This document shows positions 52,896 to 64,000 of a stretch of DNA of 64,000 bases, piece by piece. A model generated the notes under the pieces. That model was not told where the DNA came from and did no database searches. It worked only from the letters and a program-made list of their open reading frames with translations. Each line of letters opens with the position of its first letter. The stretch's first letter is position 1. This DNA comes from Lama guanicoe (taxonomy: Eukaryota): assembly GCA_013239625.1 (NCBI GenBank), contig MU053645.1:1356274-1420273 (forward strand), read 5' to 3'. Position numbers and translations under genes: made by a program.

Positions 52896-53304
52896 CTATA
52901 TACTCTTACTAGGTACAGTTAGGACATTTCTGGGACATGTATCACCAAGCCAAACCTTCAATTTCTGGCTCAGGCATTCCTCTTTTCTGAGCTCCTAGAG
53001 AACACAAGTACAGAACTGTCTCACTCCATGCAGTTTTGGACATACATTCTACTTGACTTAGTAGTTACACTTCATCTTACCAGGCCTGATGTTGTTTCAC
53101 ATATAAGTTCTGTCTCTCCTGATGTATTGAAAGCTCTTATGTTTTACTACTGTACCCAGAACTGTGATGACCCCAAAAAGGACTGAAAATGGAGTGCTTT
53201 TCCTAGTAAACAACCATACATATACATCCACATTAGTTAACAAGGAGGTTATGTGTAGACCCTCAGCAAATCCAAAGAAGAAAATCAATAATGATATTAA
53301 AAAA

Positions 53305-53700
53305 TCATAATTCTTTACTGAGTGCATAGTATACGTCCAGCATTGGGATAGGAGATTTATGTGCATTATCTCATTTAATCTCCTAGCGATTTTATAAGGT
53401 TGATACTGTTATCATTCGTAATCTGCAGAAGAAACTAAACACTAGAGCAATGATCCTCAAACTTTTTTATCTCAAAACCACTTTACATTCATAAAAAGCA
53501 TGGATGACCACAACGAGCTTTTGTTTATATAGTGTATATATCTCTCAATATCTAGCATATTAGAAATTAAAATCCAGGCCACACTTTGAAAACTATTTAA
53601 CCAGAGGGGTAAATAAATGTTCAAGATCAATCAAAAAGTGATCAAATTTGAACCACTGCAGTCTGAGTCCAGAGGCCCTGCTTTCAATCACTGGGTTATA
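53305..53700 (-). mobile_element. MIR interrupted by a Charlie1-like MITE
   Basis: tctcatttaatctcc..cagaagaaactaaacactagag | insert | ccagaggggtaaataaatgttcaagatc. Confidence 0.65.
53448..53597. mobile_element. Internally deleted Charlie1-like hAT element (~150 bp)
   Basis: caatgatcctcaaacttttttatctca..gagcttttgtttat..attagaaattaaaa joined directly to ccacactttgaaaactatt (the opposite terminus). Confidence 0.65.
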
Positions 53701-54009
53701 TTGTCTCCCTAAAAGAGATTTCTTTGATTTGCTCTTGAGTCAGGGAGGAAAGGGGTAGCTACATATGTAGGGAGCAATTAGCATGGTGGCCAGGAGAATA
53801 AATGTGAGAAAAGCCCAGTGTCATGCTATGTTCTTTACTCACCTGGGGGTGACTGATTATCCAGGGTCCTTGGACTTCCCTGTTCAGCCTACCCTGAGGA
53901 CAGAGCAAGCATCTTGCCTGGGACCATGATAGCCCTCTCTTATCTCTACAGTCTCCTCTCTTCTTGCCCAAATGGTGGTGGAGAGAGAAGATTCTACTAC
54001 TTACTGGTT

Positions 54010-54430
54010 GTATGGCCATGGACAGGTGACTTAATCTCTCAGAGTCTCACTTTTTACCGCCTGTACAACAGAGATAAGAATAATACTTAGTTCACATCTG
54101 TGACTGAGAAGACTAAATAAGATAATGTATGTAAGGCTTTTAGCACAGAGATAGCCATGTCCTCAATAAATTATCCAAAAGGACATGACAAACAAGAAGC
54201 GAATAGTATTTCTAGAAATAATTTACTGAGTATCTACTTTATATGATGCAGTGTACTATTGCATTATAAGTAATAACTCATTTAATCTTCACAACAAATT
54301 TTATGATTGGGATCATTTTGCCAATGAAAAAACTGGAAGAGAGAGGTTAGACAGCATGGCCAAGGTCACAGAATTCACAAGTGATGGCACTAGAAATCAA
54401 AGCCAGGTTGTCTCATTCCAGAACCTGAAC
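54010..54430. mobile_element. Two MIRs tail-to-tail (+ 54010-54170, - 54215-54430)
   Basis: ggacaggtgacttaatctctcagagtctca..; and ctcatttaatcttcacaaca..ccaaggtcacag. Confidence 0.75.
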
Positions 54431-55106
54431 TTAGAACCAGAGACCTCCCCTCAAACAAAAGTCAAAGCTGCTATACCCAAAAGCTGCTGCTTTTGGAAGC
54501 AGAAAACCAAATCTTTATCCTAAAATCTCTAGGTCCAACATGAGCATAATAAAACAAATGAGAGCCCTTTCCATCAACAATGTATAAAGAGTCAAGGAGA
54601 TAGGGATTTGCCATGCTCATGAATGGGACACCCACCATGGTTGCTTAGGGGTGGCAGGATTAGAAGGCACATTTTCCTTAGCGTCATTTGTTTCAAAGCC
54701 TAGTAACTTCGTGCATAAAATCTCTGCACCAAATAAATGGGAACACGTTGCTTCATTCAATTCGTCTTCATTGACTGGTGTAATGGCCAATGTACTGCAC
54801 TGCAAGCACCAAGCTGGCTGAATTTATGCTTTGTCCTCCTGTTTATTCCTCCTCTAGAAACATTAGTGACATTCACAAGGCAGGAGCTGTAGAAACCAAA
54901 GGATCTCTTCACTACCTCCCTTAGTGACATCAAATCAAGTAATGGAGTAAAACAGAGAATGTGGGGTGGGGGGTAAGGAGGTAGCCCAAGGAGTAGGAAT
55001 CAAAGTGCACTGCAGTATCTCTACCACTGGTGGTCAGAAGGCTTAGTTTGTGTAATGAGCAGCTGTACACAATTGCTTAGTATAGTCTGAAGCAAGGGCT
55101 TTTATA

Positions 55107-55310
55107 AAATAATAGCTCACATTTATTAAATGTAGTAAATGTGCCAAGCATGTGCTTCATATATATTAACTCGTTTAGTCCATACGACAAAACTATGGCA
55201 AAGAGGAAACCGAGGCAGAGACCACAAGGGATTTTACCAAGGTTAAACAGCTAGTCAATGCGAAAGCTGCGCTTTGAACTCAAATAGTCTGACAGCAGAG
55301 CTGCATTCCT
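55107..55310 (-). mobile_element. MIR
   Basis: aataatagctcacatttatt..tgtgccaagca..gaggaaaccgaggcagag. Confidence 0.75.
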
Positions 55311-55379
55311 GCCCCTCTTAACAAAGGAAATGGTGTGAAAGATATTCTACTTTCATACACTGGGTCTTGTTTGATGAGT

Positions 55380-55740
55380 CACTCATTTATCCAGCAAACC
55401 ACTGCTGAGCACCTAATGTGTGCCAAGAATTACACCAACACTGAGGAGCATCAAGGTCAGGGGAAAAGTACCTGATCTTGTGGAACTTTGAGTCTGATGT
55501 GGGAGACATACATTTGTCCAAAAAAAAAAAAAAACCCACACCAGTAAGAGTAAAATCACAACTGCAGCAGTTGATGTCAAGGAATATATGGGTCTCTGAA
55601 AATGGGTAATAGGGGACCATGACCTTGAAGGAGAGGGTGGCCCACCACTGTGAATTCTTCTCTGAAGAAGTGACAATTGAGTTGCAGTCTCAAGAGGTGG
55701 GGGAAGAGCATTCCAGACAGAAGGAACAGCACGTGAAAAC
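55380..55740 (-). mobile_element. L2 3' fragment
   Basis: cactcatttatccagcaaacc..ctgagcacctaatgtgtgcca..gaagagcattccagacagaaggaacagc. Confidence 0.7.
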
Positions 55741-56490
55741 TATTTTTTCTCCTTTTTTCCAAGCTTCTTTGACAGCTGCACTGGGCTCGTTCTCTGGCCT
55801 CAGTTTGAATTAGATGGTTCGCTTTATCATGGTGAGACAAACATGACAAACCTAAAAATAATGGCTTCCTTTTTTTTTTTAAGCAGCCTGATTGCATAAA
55901 AAGATTTCAAGCTCAGGGCTCACCATTTTTTCTCTTTTCTCTAAGTGCCCAAAGACAAGTGGGGTTGTCAACAAAGACTAATTGTTCCAATTGCAGCTTA
56001 GAATTTGCCCTCTCCTTCTGAACTGGTTCTGAAAGTTCCCGGTGACAAAGGAAGAAGGGCAAGTCATAGTGGGAGGGTAGAGGCTCTGAGGGACGGTGGA
56101 GGGTAAGGAAGGAGCTCAGAGGAGATGCTCCTTGCTGTACTGCATCACAGTCCCTCCGCTCCCTGCTCTCCCCTCCCCAACCCCCGCCCCGAGCACCCTG
56201 CCCTTCCTCTTCTTATGTTACCATCTACCCACCCACCTTGGAGCCTGAAGTCACCTCTTAGAATCCATTTGAACTTAAGCACCAGCCTCACTGGGACTTG
56301 GATTCAGGCTGACCCTCCAGTCAAGGAAGATTCACACAGCCCCAGGACAGAGACACATCAGGCAAGCAGTCTCCATCTTCAGAAGCCACACACTTTCTGT
56401 GTCCCTCTGACTGGAAGGCAAAGCCGCTTCTGTCTCCTGACTCCCTAACCACAGAGCCCTGGAAGTACCCTGTCACAAAGGTCATTAAAT

Positions 56491-56509
56491 CTGGTGCCAG
56501 AGGGCGCGA
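56491..56509 (+). promoter_or_regulatory. Possible CTCF motif
   Basis: tgccagagggcgc matches the 3' part of the CTCF core and retains CpGs. The 5' CC is missing. Confidence 0.3.
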
Positions 56510-56749
56510 CTCTAGAGGCCAGGAGCTGGTGTATTTATTTGGCAATAAATATAGATTAAGGATACCCTGTCTGTTCCTTCTGGTTCCTTTTGAACATGAT
56601 GACCTTAGCAATTCTTATCCCAGCAGCAGCCATAGCCCTTAGGTTGCTGATTTCTCCACTCTGGGCCTCAGATGCACTCTCCCCACAATATAGATACAGG
56701 AGAGTGGGATGGACTTGGTATAAATTATCTCTAAGGATCCCTCCAGTGA

Positions 56750-57030
56750 AGTATGGAGAGCAGCAGCCCCTAGTCCTATGGATGGTCATAAACAGAATTA
56801 GATGGCCTGGGTTTGAATCCCAGCTCCACCTCTTGCTAATTATATGTAACCCTGGGTAAGTCTTTTATGAGCCTTAGTTACCTCTTCTGTAAAATGTGGA
56901 TAATCATGTAAAATGAGGACTATTATAACACGTACTCATAACGTAAAGTTGTTTTAAGGCTTAAATGAGGTAATACACGTAGAAGAGTACCTGCCATCCA
57001 TTAAGCCCTCAGTACTTCTTAACTGTTATT
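56750..57030 (+). mobile_element. MIR
   Basis: cctgggtttgaatcccagctccacc..gagccttagttacctcttctgtaaaatg..ttaaatgaggtaat. Confidence 0.8.
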
Positions 57031-60000
57031 CTTCATGAACATATTTGCTTTAAAGTCATGAGGATAATTAAACAATTCAATAAAAATCATACCAGTACAC
57101 ATCTAGTGTTAGCTGTGATTCTCTTTATTGACCTCAGTTACATCAGGTAAAAATTCAATAATTACCTTGTCCTAGTCAGCATTTTTGACAATTTTTGCTA
57201 CCAATATTCCACTCTGGTACTTAATTGGTTTTAGAGCTTGGATTCTGTAAAGGATTTTGTCCTTTCTTCATTGTGAACCTCTGAGGCACATTTCAAACCA
57301 TTTTCTTCTCAAATACAGTTATATAATAGGCTTCTCATCATCTCATGTATGTAGTTGGAGTTAAAATATGCCAAACCTGAAGGGACTTTTATTCTTCCTT
57401 TTAAGAGTCATATTGCATGCATATATTTAAGCCTCAAGGTTGAGGTTTTCCCCATTTTCTTTAGCTGCCTGGAGATCAGTGAGAAAAATCTGTGAAGATT
57501 CATTGTTGGTTTTTCCTTTCCTGAATCAACAGTGACACTGATTTATAACTTAATAGTGATTCCCTCGAGTACTTAATAACATAGATTACACCCTAATAAA
57601 TGCATTTCCTGTAGGCTTAAGCGACTAACGCGCTGATCTATTAGACTGGTATAATAATATAGGAACTTTCTTCTTGGTTACTGAAAAAATTGCTAAGGAA
57701 TTGGCACCTTCTAAAATAAGAGTACTAAAGAAATGTTTTTCTACTGGTGGATTATTTCTATGAATTAATTCTTACCTGGGAAATAAAATGTATAATTTCG
57801 TATTCTCAGAATACGCTCATCGTGTGTATTTTATTTTAGTTAACGTTAATTATCCTTGAAACATTCAGGATCATTAACAGAATTAAGATGTTTAGTACTC
57901 TTCAAATGTAGTTAGTAATGTCAAGATTCCCGTTTTGCATTTTATTTTCTGGTTCCTGAATCTAGGTCAAATCTGCATGCACTGCACATCCCCAAATGTG
58001 CTTTATCCTTTTTTTTTCCCCCAGTCCTCAGTCCCTGTTGTGTGTTGATTAGTTAAAAAAAAAACTTAACATACAGATGCTTGTACTTAGCATCTGTCAG
58101 TAACGCTGTGATTAATGACTCCGGTGTTGCCTAGCATGTCCAAACATCATAAGGCTTGGTTAATGTTTTGATCAGGTCTGAACAGCGTGCTTAAGAGCCT
58201 CTCTTACAGACAGCTAGAGGGTAGGAAATAATCACATTGAACGAAGAGTCCAAGTTCTTGCAACTTGTGGTGAAATCTTTCTGAATATTGATTCCCTTTG
58301 CTAATAAGCTCAGAAGTTCAAAGCAAGGACCGGAGGCCATGGCTCCCCCTTGCCTCCTTCAGACAGACTGCACTCTTCCTCCTTCTAAATGGACAGGATT
58401 ATGAAACAGAATTTCTTAAAGTGACGTTACCCCCTTGACCTCTTTTTAAGAGGCTCTGTTATTAACATTAACTTAAATTCCCTCTGTCAGAACTGAGTTT
58501 TCAAATAAATTACACTCAGATCATTCCTCCCACCTCATCCTAGTGGTATTTTTAAAATGATGCAATGTGGATAATTTTGTAGCTTAGGGTGAAGCTTTTA
58601 AAATTCAGCCTCAGGTAAGTGAGTATTGCTCTCGATGAGCAGCAGGTAGGTGTGGTAACTGATGGCTGAGCCTGGTACTGGTGATTCAGATACTAAGAAA
58701 ACTGGAGGGTTTGCCTATCTCTTGGTCCTTACAGGAGCAGAAAGATGCCTCACTACATCCCAGAGAATTGGGGGCTGCTATACTGCCACATGGGAGATAC
58801 ACAAAAGTATTCTTCAAATCAATCAATGAAAGAATAAACGCCTGTTTGATTTTTAATCACCGCAAAGAAAGCAAGCCCAGAGCTCCTCCTTACCCCCACC
58901 CCGCACATGCTTTGGTGCCGCTCCAAGAACAAGCCTCGTCATCATGAGTTCTCATTTATTCCTTGGATATAGGGACTAAGCCTTTTGTATTAGACCAGTG
59001 ACTAAAAACATCGTTGTATTTAGGAAACTTTAATTAAACTAAAGGCTTAAGACGAGGCCACTAGATTGAACATGCAAGAGGCCACTGGTTACTTTGAAAA
59101 GAACGCTTCCAGTGCAGTGGTGAAGGTGAAAGCACGTGGGTGGGACAGCAGCAGAGGCAAGAGATGTAGGTCACGCTTTAAAGAAAGTTGTTGGCAAAGG
59201 GGAAGGATGGAGAGAGAACAGCAGCTTTAGGGAGATAGCTATTCCCCGTATTCTCCCTAACACGGGAAGGTGTTTTTAGGCAGGGCATCTATTTTATTTG
59301 AACTAGGTAATCCCCAAGCCTTCTTTTAAGCCAATGGTACACAATTTATGGAATCATAAAGGTCAAGAATACAAGAAAAAGAACGAATAAAATCAGGAGA
59401 AGGTTCCAAAGAGCAGTTGGCGGTTAGTCTTGTCCATGGGGGCAAGGGTGGGGCACACACCTTCCTTTGCGAGGATATGGAATGAGGAAAGGATACATTC
59501 AAACCCAGAGAAATGCTGAGAAGTGGCGGAGGTAGTGACAGGGATGTGTCAAGGATACAATGAAGGAATCCAAGATTTAAAAGAAAAGACAGGGGCTATG
59601 AGGCTCAAAGGAGATTTAATGATGGCAGTGCTTGGGAGAGAACAGAAGGCCTTCTTGTCTCCTGGTGAAGGGCAGTGAAGGGGACACTTGAAGCCTTTGC
59701 TTAACCGTTGGTTCCAGTAAGAGTAAGGCTGTGGCCTCAAAGGAAGGCAAGTGCTAGTTGACCAGATCCTACTCTCCAGGTTTCTGCTTCCAGAGTCTCT
59801 ATAGAACAAATAAGCCTAGCAGAAAAAAACTAGGAGAATGATATTTTTTTTTAGCCTGCAGGGTTCATCAGTTCTAGAACTATCTTTCTGCCAGTGAAGA
59901 GAAAGGGCTAAAGCTGTTTGATTTACATAAAAGAGCAAGTCCTTTTCAATAGGTGAGATCAAATGGGGAGTTATTAAAACTCACTCTGGCTTACTGGGAA

Positions 60001-60536
60001 GTTTTAATGCCAGGCTCAGATCATTCCAAACTCCATGTCTCCTGCCCCATATCCTAAAATTTCACTGCTATGTTTGGACTATGTTGCCTCTCTGCCATTT
60101 ACACAGAATATTCTCCCCTATGGCCAGCCACTGTGCCTGAATTTCCAAGTAGTAAGTCACTTATTTGGGTTAAGACTATGTTTTATGAAAATATGTCAAA
60201 ATAAGAGAGATCGCCTAGCAACACACAGGTACCCAGTGATACCCACAAATACATTTGTATGGAGCTCAGTGTCAGATTAGTTTGTTGTCACCTTGGGAGC
60301 ATGGACTTCAAGAAAATGAAGCACTATACAGTGTGGGAAAAATCAGGGCACTGGGCTCAGCAGCCCTCATCTAGGGTGTCTGAAAAAAGATTTAGAGGCT
60401 CTCCAGAAGACAACTTTTACTCATCATATATTTTTCTAGGTCCAATATGGGGCCCTGCAGGATGATATTTCTTTGAGAGCACATGGGAAAAAGATTCATT
60501 CTCCTGCTGACACTAACATCTTCCAGGATATTACTG

Positions 60537-61609
60537 GGGGTTTTTGTATATATATATATATATATATATGTATATTGTATATATATATATGTATATTGTA
60601 TATATATATATATATTTTTTGTATATATATATAATATATACACTTTTTTATTGAAGTCAGTTTACAACATTGTGGCAATTTCTGATGTACAGCATAAGGC
60701 TTCAGTCATACATGAATATACATATATTAATTTTCATATTCTTTTCCACCATAAGTTACTACAAGATATTGAATATAGTTCCCTGTGCTATACAGTATGA
60801 ACTTGTTGTTTATCTGTTTTATATATACTAGTTAGTATCTGCAAATCTCGAATTCCCAATTTATCCCTTCCCACCCCCTTTCCCCTCAGTAACCGTAAGT
60901 TTGTTTTCTATGCCTTTGAGTCTGTTTGTTTTGTAAATAAGTTCATTTGTGTCTTTTTTTTTAGATTTCACATATAAGCGGTCTCATATGGTATTTTCAT
61001 TTCTCTTTCTGGCTTACTTCACTTAGAATAACAATCTCTAGAACCATCCATCTTGCTACAAATGATATTATTTTATTATTTTTATGGCTGAGTAGAACTC
61101 TACTGTATAAATATGCCACAACTTCTTTATCCAGTCATCTGTTGATGGACAATAAAAAAAATGAACAACCCAATTCAAAAATGGGCAGAAGACATAAACA
61201 AGCAATTCTCCAATGAAGACATACAAGTGGCCAATAGGCACATGAAAAAAATGTTCAATGTCTCTAATTATCAGAGAAATGCAAATCAAAACTACAATGA
61301 GGTATCATCTCACACCAGTCAGAATGGCCATCATTCAAAAGTCCACAAACAGTAAGTGCTGAAGAAGGTGTGGAGAAAAGGGAACCCTCCTACACTATTG
61401 GTGGGAATGCAGTTTGGCGCAGCCGTTGTGGAAAACAGTATGGAGATTCCTTAAAAAACTGAAAATAGACTTACCATATGATCCAGCAATCCCACTCCTG
61501 GGTATATATCCAGAGGGAACCTTAATTCAAAAAGATACATGCTCCCCAATGTTCATAGCAGCACTGTTTACAACAGCCAAGACATGGAATCAACCTAAAC
61601 ATCCATCGA
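60537..61609 (-). mobile_element. L1 with 5' inversion (twin priming) and a TA-rich tail
   Basis: Minus-strand 3' end at 60643-61151, joined to a plus-strand ORF2 segment at 61152-61609. TSD caggatattactg (60524-60536) / caggatgttactg (61610-61622). Confidence 0.9.
60546..60640. repeat. Compound (TA)n microsatellite
   Basis: Directly visible; interrupted twice by gtatattg. Confidence 0.95.
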
Positions 61610-62479
61610 CAGGATGTTACTGTTTTAATGGAACCAAAGTAATGCTGTGATAGCTCCCGTGAAGACAGATCAGTGAGTTCAAAAGTCTTGATCCATAAAC
61701 TACCTCAATTCAGGCCCAGGCCCAAAGAGTTATTCAGAAGGCTAGGGAAGGTTCCACTCCTGAAAGGTCTTGCCCTGATCCAAGATGACAAAGATTATTT
61801 TTTCCCTGGATAAGTCCTGTCACTTTGCAATAAAGTAGGTGACTTAGGATGCATATACCCCTGGAGGGGTAAATGCTTACTTTTATATATGTTGTGATTT
61901 TAATGACTGAGACTAGAGCCTATTCTGGGAGAAATATTTTCCTTTTTTCAAAATGGAAATATCTTTATGGTTATTGTGATTATAGTAATAATACATGTTC
62001 TTTGTAAACATTCAAACAATACAAATGTGTAAAAAGGAAACAGCAAAAGTCCTGCATAATGCTACTTCTCTACAAATAAAAAGTTGTGCATATCCTTCCA
62101 GATTTGATTAAGTTATAGAATAATTTCATTTATGCTACTTTGTACTTTAATTTATGGACAGTATGGAAAAGTAAGCTCCTAAGAAACCTACCCTCCTGCA
62201 GATAATAATGACAAATTCTGAACAGAACATAAACAACTACCTGAGGGATTTGGATAGTAAACAAAAGCAGTCAGAAAAAAAAGCATTCCCCTGAGAATTT
62301 GTAACCACAAGCTAGCTGCCATTTGAGTTTCTGATTGGGATTTGTGCTATTTGTCTAAAAACCCTGAAGCAAAAATTTCAACTGCAAGTGGCCCAGGGTG
62401 GGTAGTGTCCTCCAGGTTACTGACAGAAGCAAATGCAAAGCGTTACTGGAAGAATTCTAACTGGACTCGGGTTGAATAT

Positions 62480-63510
62480 GTACATATCGTGTAATCAACC
62501 CAGAAATTCCTTTCCGAGCAATATACCTGGAGAAACTCTTACATGTGTGCAATGGCAAACATATCTAAAAATGTCTATAGCACCAATATTTTAATATCAA
62601 AAAACCTGGCAATAATCCACACATCCACATACAGTATAGATAAATCTTAATATAATTGTACAATTGAATATCCTACAGTAGTTACAATAAACTATAGCCA
62701 CTCATATAAACATGAATGAACTGGAACAACATAATATTGAGCAAAAGAACAAGATATATATACAGATATATTTATACAATGGAATACTACTCAGCAATTA
62801 AAAAGAATAAAATAATGCCACTTGCAGCAACATGGATGGACCTAGAGATCATCATTTTAAGTGAAGTAAGCCAGAAAGAGAAATACTATATGGTATCACT
62901 CATATGTGGAATCTTAAAAAAAAAGAAGAAAGAAAGAAGACACTAATGAACTCATCTACAAGACAGAAACAGACTCACAGACATAGTTAACAATCTTATG
63001 GTTCAGGGGAAAGGGGGTGGGAAGGGATAAATTTGGGAGTTTGAGATTTTGCAAATGTTAAGCACTAAATATAAAAATAGATAAAAAACAAATTTCTTCT
63101 GTATAGCACTGGGAACTATATTCAACATCTTGTAATAACCTTTAATGAAAAAGAATATGAAAATGAATACATGTATATATATGCATGACTGGGACATTAT
63201 GCTATACACCAGAAATGGACACATTGCAACTGACTATACATCAATTTAAAAAAAATTTTTAAAAAGAACAAGATATAGTATGATTTAACATATATGAATT
63301 TCAAAAACATATAATGAAACAATATGTAGGAATTCATACATATGTGATAAAAATAATGAAAAGCAAGCAAAAAGTTTATCCAAATTTCAGGCTAGCAGTT
63401 ACCTCTGGGTGGGAGGAAGGGGAATACACTCAGATAGACAGGTAATTTCAAAATTACAAGCAACTTTTACTTTCATAAGCTGGGTGGTGATAACTTAAGT
63501 GCTCTTTTTA
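62480..63510 (+). mobile_element. Old L1ME-type 3' end, interrupted by a younger L1
   Basis: agaaactcttacatgtgtgca..aacataatattgagcaaaagaa | insert | ..gcagttacctctgggtgggagg. Confidence 0.65.
62759..63261 (+). mobile_element. L1 3' end with 16-bp TSD
   Basis: [17 protein letters not shown] plus 3' UTR. TSD aaaagaacaagatata at 62743-62758 and 63262-63277. Confidence 0.92.
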
Positions 63511-63539
63511 TTTCACTCTGTTTTGATTCCTTAAAATGG

Positions 63540-64000
63540 CAATCAGAAATTGAAGAAGACACAAATATATGAAAAGATATCCCATGTTCATAACAATATT
63601 AGTTCAAAAAATTAATTTAGTTAAAATGTCCAAAACACCCAAAGGGATCTACAGATTTGATGCAATCCCTCTCAAAATTCCAAAGGTATTTTTCACAGAA
63701 ATAGAAAAAAAAAAAAGAAAAAAGGAAATATAAACCTAACATTTGTAAGTAACTAAAAAAGACCTTGAATAGCCAAGCTATCTTGAGAAAGAAGAAAAAA
63801 GCTGGAAGCATCACACTTCCTGATTTCAAACTATATTACAAAACTATAGTAATCAAAACAGTATGGTATTGTCATAAAAACAGACACATAGACCAATGGA
63901 ACAGAATAGAGAGCCCATATGTGGTTGACATATATGGTTAACTAATCTTTGGCAAGGGTGTCAAGAACACACAATAGGGAAAGGATAATCTCTTCAACAA
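63540..64000 (+). mobile_element. Older L1 ORF2 fragment running off the window end
   Basis: gaaattgaagaagacacaaa..tctacagatt..gctggaagcatcacacttcctgatttcaaactatattac..gaccaatggaacagaatagagagcc. Confidence 0.88.

Noticed and set aside
53841..53894. Short minus-strand open exon candidate (GRLNREVQGPWIISHPQ)
   Set aside because: The peptide is not recognised and no partner exons were found; motifs like this are expected by chance.
54010..54430. Inverted MIR pair as a structured RNA
   Set aside because: The copies are too diverged for convincing pairing, and such pairs are common in MIR-rich DNA.
60392..60800. Y/I-rich ORFs
   Set aside because: They are translations of the (TA)n microsatellite.
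1..64000. CRISPR arrays, operons or other prokaryotic systems; a named host gene
   Set aside because: The sequence is mammalian, has no spaced direct-repeat array, and no exon could be identified with confidence.

Overview
Mammalian genomic DNA that is AT-rich, CpG-depleted and dense in repeats. A Vic-1-type tRNA-derived SINE and the 3' UTR type of the youngest LINE-1s point to a camelid (alpaca/llama/camel); this is an inference. I recognise no host protein-coding exon, so the window reads as intergenic or deep-intronic. All long ORFs are LINE-1 ORF2 remnants or their antisense shadows. Main content: four young 5'-truncated L1 copies (879-2809 +, 31301-33272 +, 44065-46080 -, 47436-47698 +), two twin-primed 5'-inverted L1s, several older L1 fragments, a 910-bp CpG-rich ERV2/betaretrovirus-like solo LTR (18753-19662) inside an L2, hAT DNA-transposon fossils, MaLR LTRs, and many MIR/L2 relics. 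Old-repeat family names come from recalled consensus sequences and their boundaries are approximate. The notable observations concern retrotransposon biology. Three independent ~2-kb L1s are truncated within about 116 nt of one another. Two copies share an 18-bp in-frame ORF2 deletion. One copy looks mosaic between subfamilies, and one lacks a TSD. A MIR-like segment with its own TSD sits inside a younger L1. I found no evidence for a wholly new biological system.
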